DNA of 64,000 nucleotides from the NCBI GenBank assembly GCA_002269645.1, contig NIVC01002601.1, positions 93,950 to 157,949 of the forward strand, given 5' to 3'. Source of the DNA: Macrostomum lignano. Lineage: Eukaryota. Positions 51,435 through 62,394 of the stretch are shown here, piece by piece. Both the position numbers and the translations under genes were made by a program. Below the pieces are notes generated by a model. The model saw only the letters and a program-made list of their open reading frames with translations, ran no database searches and was not told the origin of the DNA. Positions within the stretch are counted from its first letter, which is position 1, and each line of letters starts with the position of its first letter.

Positions 51435-52711
51435 ATAAACATGCATTATAAAAATAATTCGGAGTGAATTAATATAAAAACACGCACTATACGAGCTTTT
51501 GCTTTGCAGTTTATTCAAGATGGGGAATTTCCATTGCCTAATCGACTGACTGTATTAAGTAAGTATGATTTATTTGTCCTTGGTGAATACGTAATTACAC
51601 CTCAAGATTACAATAAGATTAATTTGTTTAAGTATAAAGTAAACAAGCAGCTTGTTTTACATGTTAAAAAACACGTCTATTGCTGAATTTAAACTTTTTA
51701 CTATTAAATTTGTTATAGCTTTATATTGCTAGATACGCTTCAGATATTTAACTTTTCTAAAAATATCGAATTCGCATTTGCCATGCAATTATGCATCTAC
51801 ATGACATGATTAGATCTAGGTTAGTAGGTTTATTGCATACTCAACAGTTTACCAATCTAACAGATTTTGTCTGAGACAGTCAGTATTAGAATTAATTAAT
51901 AAATGCATTTTACTACGTTTCTATATCATTCTAGGATAATGTGCCTTTCGTCCGAGTATAAAAATGTATTAATAGCAATATTGTCGCGCTGATTTTACCA
52001 GTTGTTATGTTCCTGCTTCTAGGCTTTAGAAATTGTTTCTTGAGCGGCTGTTTCAATGGCTTCCTAATTGTCATTCTTAATTAATATAATCAGCATATCT
52101 ATTTGAAAACCTGTTTTTAGCAATTTTTTAAAATACATACATATTTTTTTACTTTTTCTGGATGCACTTACTATGGTGGTACTTGCATATTTAGAAATTA
52201 AAACAGTTTGTATTGCAGTATTATTTTATGTTAAACCGAATTTTAAAATGAACATATCTAAAAAATATTTAATATCTAATCACCTTTATTTTAGAAGGCA
52301 TAAATACAATGGATGATGTACATTGTCCATATAAACTTGTCCAAATCATCAAAAGGTTTATGATTTCCAGACAATTGTTTTTATTGTTTCTATTGAGTAT
52401 TGTTAATATGAATTCCAAGTAGATAATTTAGTTTGAGGAATCTGTACCTTAAATTTATTTTAAGCTAGTTAAGACGTCCATTACCAAACCTGTAAGACCA
52501 AGTTAATATGGTTCATTGAATTAATTTATTCAGCCATTCTGCCAGAAACGAAAAAGCTAACCTTTAATTAAGCTTGCTGATCTATTAGTAATAAACTGGA
52601 TTGATTCCTCAATTTGTTTTTTTAACAAAATATTATGTTTCTAGTCATTTGAATTTCATTCTTTATACAACAAATAGCCGACAAAAATACATTGCAGATC
52701 CCCAACCAACA

Positions 52712-53156
52712 ATGGGAAAGAAGAAAAAGGGAGGCGGCAAGAAGTCTAAGAAGTCTTCGCGCGCCCAATCTGGCGCCACTGGACAGGCTGGCGCGGGCGC
52801 CAAATTGGCGCCAGCATTGCCAGACAAGCGCGAACAGGAGGCCAAACTGCGCCAATTGAAGGATCTCCAACGTCGAGTAAGCGGACTTCAGAGACGCTGC
52901 GACGAGTTGGAACTGTTGAACGACCAATTGAAGAGCAAGCGGGTGACGGTGTCGGGCGACATGGAGGAGATCACAGAGTACCTGCGCGACCGGGTGAGCG
53001 AGAAGACGAACACCTGCGCCGAGCTGCAGGAGGAGCTGCGCGCGCTTCAAGAGGCCTACGAGAAGGATCAGAAATCCTACGAGGAGAGAATGGAGAAGCA
53101 GAAGAAAGAATTTCGGGACACGAAGGAGCAGCTGGAGCAGGACGGGTTCACGCTGC
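52712..53156 (+). CDS. CFAP157: Cilia- and flagella-associated protein 157, exon 1
   Basis: Lys-rich N-terminus, then coiled coil (LKDLQRRVSGLQRRCDEL...EFRDTKEQL) resembling CFAP157 as I recall it; phase-1 donor C|GTGAGT. Confidence 0.88.
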
Positions 53157-53536
53157 GTGAGTTGAATTGAACGAAATTAAATTAACTTCAGTTACATGCG
53201 TTGTAGCGCTCTCCATCTTTTGGCGCCCTCTTGAATTAAATTCATTTCGCGCCCTCGTGAAATTCAATTTTAGCGCCCTCGTGAAATTCATTTCGGCGCC
53301 CTCTTGAAATTCATTTTGGCGCCGTCCCTACACTTATTCAATATTTCGTCGCCCTCTTGACATTCATTGTGACTTCCTTATAAGAATCATTTTGACGCCT
53401 TCTCGACACCCAATTTGGCGCCTTCCCGACACTCATTTTGGCGCCACATCCACTAAGTTTGGCTACCATTCACATGCAAGTTACAAAAGTATCTGTGAAT
53501 TGTTAACAGCTTGCTGTACGCCGATCCCAACCGCAG

Positions 53537-53958
53537 AGAGCAAGCTGACCACCCTGGACGAGTACCGGATCCAGAAGGAGGAGATGCACGAGAAGTTCCA
53601 AGAAATGGACGAGAAAATGAAGCGCCAGGAGGAGATTCACAAGGAGGAGATCTACCTACTGGAGAGGGAGACAGTAGTGCAGAAAGACTCTCTGCGCAAG
53701 GAGATGGTCGAGAAAGTGAACGATGTGGCCAGCGAATTCCGCAAGGTGTCCAACAGGCAGATGGCAGAGACGACCCGGAAGACGATCGAAGAGAACGCGG
53801 CGCTCAACAGGCAGCTGGGCTCGCTCAGCGAGAAAATCACCGGCCTGATTGAGGAGAACGACAAAGTCAAGGCCAAGGAGAAGGAGCAGCAGCGGGAGAT
53901 CGAGGTGCTGGAGTCCATCGAGAAGGAGATGCTGGCCAAGACTGCCAACTCGTTGAAG
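53537..53958 (+). CDS. CFAP157: CFAP157, exon 2
   Basis: Acceptor CGCAG| in phase 1; KLTTLDEYRIQKEE...KDSLRKEMVEKVNDVASEFRKVS...ETTRKTIEEN; phase-0 donor AAG|GTAAAC. Confidence 0.92.
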
Positions 53959-54139
53959 GTAAACTCGATCGCCTTCCAGAGTCACGGACGGACAAGAAAT
54001 TAATTTGGGTTTTACAATTACTTGTGTGCTTTACTGATTCAATAAGAAGCCTATGCTCAAGTACTAGCGGAGGTTAACTAAGCTTTCCGCATAATATCTA
54101 TAAATTTGAAGGTCATTTGGCTCTCACTGGAAGTCAAAT

Positions 54140-54400
54140 TTTCACTGACAGTCAATTGTCATTGACAGTCAAATTGGTCACTGACAGTCAAATTGGTCAT
54201 TGACAGTCAAATTGGTCACTGTTAGTCAAATTGGTCACTGTTAGTCAAATTGGTCACTGTTAGTCAAATTGGTCACTGTTAGTCAAATTGGTCACTGACA
54301 GTCAAATTGGTCACTGTTAGTCAAATTGGTCACTGTTAGTCAAATTGGTCACTGATAGTCAAATTGGTCACTGATAGTCAAATTGGTCACTGACAGTCAG
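54140..54400. repeat. 19-bp minisatellite (GGTCACTGTTAGTCAAATT)
   Basis: GGTCA at 54195, 54214 and 54233. Confidence 0.92.
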
Positions 54401-54647
54401 CTGTGTTTAAGATCAGTCTTTGAAAGGCAGAAAAGCATTACAACTCTGTCGAATACTTCAAAGTTATACAGTCGATTCGGTGTTTCCCATAATTATTAAC
54501 AGCAGAGTTTGGGAGAACTTTTGCTTTAAAAATGCAACAGAAAGGATGCTAAAAAGGTGGCTAGCATTGTATAAACATAAAACTACAAGCCAGAATGGTT
54601 CAGAAGAAAATATTCGCACCAGATAAAACCTTTAGCTCGTAAACTAG

Positions 54648-55284
54648 TTAATTGGAATAGCTCGGCTTCAAAGCGGCCAGCAGGTCCCGATCAGCCGAGC
54701 CGAGCTCCTGCTGGCTAAAGTTGAACAGCTCCAGTTTGTCGCTAGGAAGCCGCTGTCTGAGCTCGTCAAAGAACGGGTGCGCCAGAGCTCGCAGCGGTGC
54801 CAACCGGCTGCCAGGCTGGTAGGCGAGCAGGCGGCACAGCAGGTCCAGCAACTCGGGCGGTGTACCAATCGGGAAGCTCAACTGCGGGTCAGGGGCCACC
54901 TGTGGCAGCGGGAACTTCTCATATACTGGATTCATAGCCAGCAGGTCGCGCTTGGTTGGCGTGCCCAGCACCCGGATGATGGCCACCAGCTGGTCCAGCG
55001 AGTTGTTAGCCATGAACAGGCAGTGGCCGATGCACAGCTCGGCAAGCACGCAGCCGACTGACCACAGGTCGATGGCACAGCTGTAATTAGTAGAGCCGAA
55101 CAGCAGCTCGGGAGCTCGGTAGTACCTAGAGCTGATGTACGCCACTCCGGCTGCGGCGGCCGCGTTGGCGCCGCTGCCTTCGGCAAGTTCGCCGGGCAGC
55201 GGCAGCTCCTTGGCCGAGCCGAAGTCGCACAGGCGCAGGCGGCAGTCGGATTCGTCAACGAGAACGTTCGGGCTCTTGATGTCC
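54648..55284 (-). CDS. GSK3: GSK3-like kinase, last exon; 387 aa without and 448 aa with the cassette exon
   Basis: (R)DIKSPNVLVD, LCDFGSAKEL, VAYISSRYYRAPELLFGS, IDLWSVGCVLAEL, ALAHPFFDELR; stop TAA at 54648-54650. Confidence 0.92.
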
Positions 55285-55384
55285 CTTGGGAAGGAAAGTA
55301 ATCCGGTTCCAAGACACTATAATGCTGCAGTCACGTGTTAGGCCTTGTTTTTAAGGCCTAACGCCAGCCCCACATGTCCCCTTT

Positions 55385-56385
55385 TTTTTCTGGGCCAGCT
55401 TCCCAGATCCTCAGTTGCTGGGCCAGCCTCCCAGATTCCCAGTTGCTGGCCCTGCCTCACAGGTCCTCAGTTGCTGGGCCAGCATCCCAGATCTCCAGTT
55501 GCTGGGCCAGCCGGCCAGATCCCCAGTTGCTGGGCCAGCATCCCAGATCCCCAGTTGCTGGGCCAGCCTCCCAGATCCTCAGTTGCTGGGCCAGCCTCCA
55601 AGATCCCCATTTGCTGGGCCAGCATCCCAGATCCCCAGTTGCTGGGCCAGCCTCCCAGATCCTCAGTTGCTGGGCCAGCCTCCAAGATCCCCAGTTGCTG
55701 GGCCAGCCTCCAAGATCCCCAGTTGCTGGGCCGGCCGGCCAGATACCAGTTGCTGGGCCTGCCTCTCAGGTCCTTAGTTGCTGGGCCAGCCTCCCAGACT
55801 CCCAGTTTCTAAGTCTGACGCTGTTCCAGATGGTCATAGCTGCTCCGTCATCAGCCGCTCACCTGTGGCAGATGCGATGCGAATGCATATAATTGATAGC
55901 TCGCAGAAGCTGGTAGGCAAAGATTCGCACTTTGAGCATGGAAGGCAAAGTCTCAGCTTTCCTGTATCTTGCCAGCAAGTCTAACAGACTCTCCGGGAAG
56001 AGCTCAGTAACCAGGTGCAAATAGAGCTTCGGGCTCTTGATGTCCCTTGGGAAGGAAAGTAATCCGGTTCCAAGACACTATAATGCTGCAGTCACGTGTT
56101 AGGCCTTGTTTTTAAGGCCTAACGCCAGCCCCACATGTCCCCATTTTTTTCTGGGCCAGCTTCCCAGATCCTCAGTTGCTGGGCCAGCCTCCCAGATTCC
56201 CAGTTGCTGGGCCTGCCTCACAGGTCCTCAGTTGCTGGGCCAGCATCCCAGATCTCCAGTTGCTGGGCCAGCCGGCCAGATCCCCAGTTGCTGGGCCAGC
56301 ATCCCAGATCCGGCCAGATACCAGTTGCTGGGCCTGCCTCTCAGGTCCTTAGTTGCTGGGCCAGCCTCCCAGACTCCCAGTTTCT
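55385..56385. repeat. ~26-bp minisatellite (CCCAGATCCCCAGTTGCTGGGCCAGC) in both copies of the duplicated kinase intron
   Basis: Arrays at about 55385-55800 and 56150-56385. Confidence 0.9.
55863..56045 (-). CDS. GSK3: GSK3-like kinase, duplication-derived in-frame cassette exon (183 nt)
   Basis: Intact copied acceptor (56046) and donor (55862); reads DIKSP-KLYLHL...ICHR. Confidence 0.5.
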
Positions 56386-56437
56386 AAGTCTGACGCTGTT
56401 CCAGATGGTCATAGCTGCTCCGTCATCAGCCGCTCAC

Positions 56438-56805
56438 CTGTGGCAGATGCGATGCGAATGCATATAATTGATAGCTCGCAGAAGCTGGTAGGCAAAGATT
56501 CGCACTTTGAGCATGGAAGGCAAAGTCTCAGCTTTCCTGTATCTTGCCAGCAAGTCTAACAGACTCTCCGGGAAGAGCTCAGTAACCAGGTGCAAATAGA
56601 GCTTGCCCGGGTCCATCTTGCCCCGGCAGTAGTAGTGGTAGCGCAGTCGCACCAGATTCTCGTGCTCACCAAGTGCGTACAGAGTGCGCAGTTCCCGATT
56701 TTTGTAGCGCGGATCCTGCAGCACCCGCTTGAGAGCCACCGACTCGCCTGACTCGGACAGGCGGCCTCGGTACACGGAGCCGAACGTGCCGGATGCGATT
56801 GGCCC
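56438..56805 (-). CDS. GSK3: GSK3-like kinase, exon 2 (subdomains I-VIa)
   Basis: Acceptor TCATCAAG| at 56806; ASGTFGSVY, VALKRVLQDPRYKNREL, ICHR; phase-2 donor AG|GTGAGC. Confidence 0.9.
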
Positions 56806-57142
56806 CTTGATGAATGAAGTTTAGAGCGCCTGCGCTATATGGTGATGCAGTTACTCGTAATACCAGGCGCCAAACGATCGTATTCCATTTTATTTTATTT
56901 TATCCAATTCAAATTGGCGCCAAACACTGGGACTGCTAAATTGTCGTTTATAGTATTCCGAAAACAGCTTTAAAAACAAACACAATTAATAAAATATTTA
57001 GCTGTGTTAACTGCTTAACGATTGTTTATTTAACAATACCGTTTTGGCGCCAAATTTGAACTAGATTGAATTTTAACGAACGCCAAAACGAGAAAAATTC
57101 CATTTTTTAGAAAGTACAGAAGAAAATTGAGTCTCTAGTTAA

Positions 57143-57906
57143 CAGGGGTCAGCAAACTCCGGCCCGCTCAGTGCTTATATCTCTTCTCAGCGCTCTTCTA
57201 TCTAATCTCCTCTCTCCTCTCCTCTCCTCTACTCTACTCTTTCCTTTCTCCTCTCCTCTTCTCTCCTCTTCTCTACTCTACTCTACTCTCTCCCCTCTAC
57301 TCTCCCCTCTCCTCTCCCCTCTCCTCTCCTCTCCTCTTCTCTCCTCTCCTCTTCTCTACTCTCCTCTTCTCTACTCTACTCTCTCCCCTCTACTCTCCCT
57401 CTCCTCTCCCCTCTCCTCTCCTCTCCTCTTCTCTCCTCTCCTCTTCTCTACTCTACTCTCTCCCCTCTCCTCTCCCCTCTCCTCTCCCCTCTCCTCTCTC
57501 CTCTCCTCTCCTCTTCTCTCTTATCCTCTTCTCTCCTCTCCTCTTCTCTACTCTACTTTACTCTCTCCCCTCTCCTCTCCTCCCTGCTCCTCTCCTCTAC
57601 TCTACTCTCTCCCTCTCTCCTCTCCTCTCCTCTCCTTTCCTCTCTCCCTTCTCCTCTCCCTTCTCCTCTCCTCTCCTCTCCTCTCCTCTCCTCTCCTCTC
57701 CTCTCCTCTCTCCTCTTCTCTCCTCTCCCAATTCATCTCTTCTTGTTCTTTCCTCTCGTCTTCTCTTTTCTCGTTAATTCCCTCGCTTCAAGCCTCTTTC
57801 TCCCTATCTCCCCCTTCTTTATTCCCTCCTCTTCCCTCCTCCGGTCCGCAGTTATGACCTAGGTTCTCTATCTGGCCCTTGTGGTAAAAACGTTGGCCAA
57901 CCTCCG
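57143..57906 (-). mobile_element. hAT-like MITE with a ~650-bp expanded CT tract, in kinase intron 1
   Basis: CAGGGGTCAGCAAACTCCGGCCCG start and decayed ...AAAAACGTTGGCCAACCTCCG end; CTCTAGT at 57133-57139 and 57907-57913. Confidence 0.7.
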
Positions 57907-58008
57907 CTCTAGTATTTCATGTCGTTATTCGGGCAGTTTTACGCATTGTAAATGCACAACTCGACTCAATGCGAAATCGTACACTACTCGTACATGCAAG
58001 TCGCTTAC

Positions 58009-58167
58009 CGTAGACACAGTCAGTTCAATTTGTCTATAAGACTGTCTCTGGATCGGATCAAAAGCCGGACAAGCCATGACGGAAACTTGCAACTGTTTTT
58101 TTTGTCGGCTGTGCGACGAGCGCGTCTTCTCGCCGTCGAATTGGTCGTCATAGCTGATTAAGGACAT
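58009..58167 (-). CDS. GSK3: GSK3-like kinase, exon 1 (nested antisense in CFAP157 intron 2)
   Basis: MSLISY...LQVSVMACPAFDPIQRQSYRQIELTVST resembles the GSK3 pre-kinase segment; phase-0 donor ACG|GTAAGC at 58008. Confidence 0.72.
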
Positions 58168-58859
58168 TTCTTGCTTCTTGTTTGCGAGTCCCAAGTCTTG
58201 GTTCAACAAAAAAGTGCCTATTTAACTTCGATTTGGTTCAGCAGGCGTTCTATTGAAGCCAATTGTTGGGTCCTGGCGTAGAATTTTATAACTTTGGGGT
58301 GGTTGGGTTTGGGGGGTTTGTTTTGGGTTTTATGACCCCCCTTCCTCAAACACCCATTTATAGTGAATGTACAATGCAATGTACATTTAGAAATAGCTTC
58401 TTAGTACATCTCGTCTAACAAGTTTTTCTGTACAGTTTTCACGTTGATTGATTGTAAATTTCTTTGTAATTAATTATCTGCAATACCTCACCAGAGCAGA
58501 GCTTGCTGCCTAGTCAGTTTTACATCAATTTTGAAAACCCCCTCTGAGTCTGTCATTGGAATACAGACTGCTACAAACTATACATGTACAATAGTTTAAC
58601 TGAAGTGAACTGAAGTTTTTTTTAAGTGCCACTTGGTCTGGTTTTTCACTGGACAGACAATACGAGCGTTGTAATGCGATGTAAAAGATGGTTATTTTGG
58701 TTGATGCTGCTCGGCAGGGAAGAGCAAAAGGTCGCGGCTCCCGACCGGTACTGGCCCCGGGTCGCCCACCATCACTAAACCGAAAAATCACAACTCCGAA
58801 AAGCATTGTCCATCATAGGCTCGATATATCATAGCACCGAAAGTGCTAGCGGGTTTGTC

Positions 58860-59010
58860 GTTTGTGATATTTACGGTTTGTGATATTTCGGGTTTTTGAT
58901 ATTTCGGGTTTGTGATATTTCGGGTTTGTGATATTTCGAGTTTGTGATATTTCGGGTTTGTGATATTTCGGGTTTGTGATATTTCGGGTTTGTGATATTT
59001 CGGGTTTGTG
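58860..59010. repeat. 16-bp tandem repeat (CGGGTTTGTGATATTT)
   Basis: Period 16 at 58921/58937; about 9 units. Confidence 0.9.
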
Positions 59011-59114
59011 ATGCCCTCTGGCCCATTCTATGTAACCTCCAAAGACGCAGCCTCTGCATTGATAATAATCTTTTTAAGAAACAATTTTTTTATCTCCTTT
59101 TTTTTTAATCGCAG

Positions 59115-59828
59115 ACAATCCGCAGCCTCGCCGACGCGTGCCGCGACCGCGACACTCAACTAATCGACATGGAGGAGCGAGCCGAGGCTGGCGACTCCGT
59201 GCAGTCCGAGCACAGCCTGCTCGGCGCCCAGGCCGAGTCACAGTCCCAGGAGCTAGTTGCTATGCGCACCGAGACATCCAACCAGCTAACCGAACTGGAC
59301 CGCCTGGCCGAGCTGGCCCGCCAGACCGCGCGCATCCACAGGCGGTTCCAGCGCCTGCTGCGCCAGTCGGAACGCGCCGTGTCTGACGCATTTTCAACTT
59401 TAACGCCGGACGAAGAGATGACAGAAGCTGAGGCGGTCATACTCCGTCGCAAAATGTTGGTGAGCCTGCTGGAACTGCTGCACATGGCGGCCAGGGTCGG
59501 CCTGGGCCCTGAACCGGCCAGTCTCGGCCGCGCTGGCCAGCCGGGCACGGTTGAGCGGAAACCGTTGCGAGCGTCGTCAGCTTCCGGCGGTGCGCCTTCG
59601 TCCGCTGGCAAACGCGGCAGCGGCGGCGGCCTGGTCAGCGAGCGCCTCAGCGAACTCGGCCTGGCCCCGGCAGCCGCCGCCACAAAGCGCAGCGGCGGAG
59701 GCGGCGGTGGCGTCTCCTCCCGGACGGAGTTCGTGGCCGAGAAGCTGGCCACCCAGCTGCCGCCAGGCGGCCTGCTGGAGCCGCTGATCCTTCGCCGCGG
59801 CCGTCCAGTGCCCGCTGGCATCTTCTAG
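59115..59828 (+). CDS. CFAP157: CFAP157, exon 3; full CDS 1581 nt, 526 aa
   Basis: Acceptor TTTTTTAATCGCAG| in phase 0 gives TIRSLADACRDRD...RRKMLVSLLELL; stop TAG at 59826-59828. Confidence 0.82.
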   Translation, partial: TIRSLADACRDRDTQLIDMEERAEAGDSVQSEHSLLGAQAESQSQELVAMRTETSNQLTELDRLAELARQTARIHRRFQRLLRQSERAVSDAFSTLTPDEEMTEAEAVILRRKMLVSLLELLHMAARVGLGPEPASLGRAGQPGTVERKPLRASSASGGAPSSAGKRGSGGGLVSERLSELGLAPAAAATKRSGGGGGGVSSRTEFVAEKLATQLPPGGLLEPLILRRGRPVPAGIF

Positions 59829-61020
59829 AGGAAGGACTACAGTAGATGGGCTTCTCGTTTAATTTTCTTGCAAAAAGCGCTTAGTCTACTTTCTTTTGGG
59901 CATATGAGCGCGCATGGCTATCTAAATTTATCTGAATTCTCCGTTAGAATTTCAAATTTCAGTAAGAGAAGAAAAGAAACAGATAAAGAGGCTGGATAAA
60001 TTAACCGACTTGATGTCGTTGTCGTCACAATGTACATTTTGGGGAAGACAATAAATTGGGGGTAGTTTTTTATTTCACCTCAGCGCGCAAATTTATTTAA
60101 CAAGACGCCAAACAGACGCCCAAATCGAAAGTAGTATTTTCTATTATTTGGCCTTGATGACTAAATTCCAACTGTAACACACTTCAATCCTGTTTGCTCC
60201 ATTGTTTCCAATGGTTTTCTTTTCATTTTTTTACAAAACTCTTAGACCTCCCGTCTCTCCGTGTGTCCGTCACGTTTCATTTTGCTTGCTTTTTTGTCGA
60301 CTTGTCCAAATGGGCCTTTTTTATTTTGTTATTTTCGTGTGAAAAAAATTCAAAAGTAACGAATTTGCTTGCGTCACTAAGATCAAGAGTGGAGGCTGTT
60401 ACGCGTATATATTCTAACGTATTTTGTTTTCGTATTTTTTACTCCGTCCTTTCTAACTATATTACTTCTATCATTCCGTTAAGTAGTACGTACGGTATGA
60501 TGCAGATGTATACTTTAATATGTGCTTGTCAGAGAGAGAACTGCCACATTCAAGCAGATTTCAAACTATAATTTGTCAATAATTTTGGGTTTTAAATGTC
60601 AGAAGCACCACCAGGTATAATAATTACAGTTTGCCTCACTGAAATGAATGCTTCATTCACTTTAATCACTGTCACGGAAAAATATAGCTGCATGCATGGA
60701 TGAGGCCCTGGAATATAATGGGAACACGATAACTGGCTGTGGCAATTTGATTGCTCCAAATTAACAGATAAACATAATAACCCTAACCTAAACCTTATCC
60801 TAAACTTGAGTTTATAAAACTCAACCTTAACTAAAGCCCTCAGCCCTAACCTAAAACCCAAACCCCAGCCTAAACCCCAACGCTCACCCTACTAACCTAA
60901 AGTGTCAATTGTCGTGGACCCAAAAATAATTTGTTTGCGTAATATCTATAATGGCGAATTACTTTTAGGCAGCCTAATTTTATTGACTCATTAATTTTTC
61001 AAATTTATCAATCTATAGAT

Positions 61021-61926
61021 TTATGACGCGGACAGAAAGTTGGTGTTAATCAAGTAGTGCTCGTAGCAGCAGGCCCTGACGATGCCCGACAGGCCTTCAA
61101 AGAATACCGACTGCGGATTCCTGTGCGAGTGCCAGACGCGAAAGCCGAGATCAAAGAGGCGCCGCCACACTCGCAGAAATTTCGCATAGTCCGAGCCTTG
61201 GCCGCGCATCTCGGCAGTGTGAGACTCGAACATCAGCTGCTTGACCCGCCTCAGGCAGCCTTCACTGATGGCCCGGTCAAGACTGTCCCACTCCCAGTAT
61301 TCGATGTCCACTTTGACGATGTCCACTTTGCCGTCACTGAAGCCGAGATCCGCGAACAGCTCGCACAGTGTGCGCATCCTCCAGCCTGAGCTCCCCTCGC
61401 TGCTCTTGTTGCCCCAGAGGCCCACCTGGTAGAACCAGGCGGACCGGCTTCGCTGGTGATCCGGCACCGGCATGCTGGGGTCGAACATGTACACCTTGCA
61501 GCCGAACCGGCCCGACAGTTCGTCGTCGTAGCTCCAGACGTTGTTGATGCCGAACGAGAACGCCACGCAGGACTTGCCGATGTTGAAGGGCTCGCTGATG
61601 CAGACATCCCAGCCTCCATCCAGAGCGTCTCCAACTCGGACACTGGTTGGACAGGCGATCTGTAGCTCGTCAGTCACGTTGAAGTAAAGATTCTCAAGCT
61701 CAACAGCAGACAGCTGATTTAAGTTTATATTGCTTAGCGCGGGACCTTTGTGCGACCTCGGGGTCGGAGCTGCAGCTTTCGACTGGCCAACATTAATGTT
61801 TCCAATTCCTGCGATTCTGTGACTAATAGGAAAGTTGTTGAATATGCGAATGACAGCGACTGACAGAAGCAGCAGCAGCACTATTGCTGCAGAGAACAGC
61901 AACTGAAAGCGTTGCACCAGAGGCAT
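61021..61926 (-). CDS. METTL24: Methyltransferase-like protein 24 family (Methyltransf_22-type), intronless, 301 aa with an N-terminal signal anchor
   Basis: Hydrophobic N-terminus; DGGWDVC, CVAFSFGINNVWSYD, GCKVYMFDPS, VDIVKVDIEYWEW, VKQLMFESH, CCYE motifs. ATG taken at 61926; the track's 62019 start is a GTG. Confidence 0.85.
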   Translation of the reverse strand: MPLVQRFQLLFSAAIVLLLLLSVAVIRIFNNFPISHRIAGIGNINVGQSKAAAPTPRSHKGPALSNINLNQLSAVELENLYFNVTDELQIACPTSVRVGDALDGGWDVCISEPFNIGKSCVAFSFGINNVWSYDDELSGRFGCKVYMFDPSMPVPDHQRSRSAWFYQVGLWGNKSSEGSSGWRMRTLCELFADLGFSDGKVDIVKVDIEYWEWDSLDRAISEGCLRRVKQLMFESHTAEMRGQGSDYAKFLRVWRRLFDLGFRVWHSHRNPQSVFFEGLSGIVRACCYEHYLINTNFLSAS

Positions 61927-62394
61927 TTTCGAGTGAATGATAAATTTCAAAGAAAGCTTTCCGAATGATGCACTATTCAATCGAACGTATTTGTAGTGAA
62001 CAGGACTTGGATTTTTCACCTTGTTTATTCAGGCAACGTGGTATCCCCAGAGCCTATAATGACCTGAAACCAAATAACTTCTCAAACCCGATCCATTTAC
62101 GAGCTAAATTGGAAATTGAATAAATAAGATCGCAAATGAATTGTCAGTGGTACAGCTGAGAACATAATCGTTAGAATCCTGCTTTTTCTTTTGACTTTTG
62201 CCGTTGCAACGTAAGTGATATGGCGCCTGCATGAGTATGTAACGTGAACAGAGTGTTGGAATTACGAGCATAGTACTCGTAGTAGCAGTCTATACGGTAT
62301 ATTCTGCACTGGATTATTTGAAGTAATGGATTTTAGATATATTTAGACGGCAAACTTTCTAAGGACACAGGGCACTAACTTAATTAGGCAACAG

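Noticed and set aside
56438-56823. Idea that the GSK3-like kinase lacks a genomic start codon and takes its AUG from the spliced leader (in-frame TAA at 56823-56821, phase-0 acceptor at 56806)
   Set aside because: An upstream exon (58167-58009) has an ATG, GSK3-like residues and a consensus phase-0 GTAAGC donor, so ordinary cis-splicing explains it. Only SL reads joined at 56805 would revive the idea.
60778-60900. Degenerate CCCTAA/CCTAAA run resembling telomeric repeat
   Set aside because: Too degenerate and short to call an interstitial telomere; similar runs occur inside small transposons.
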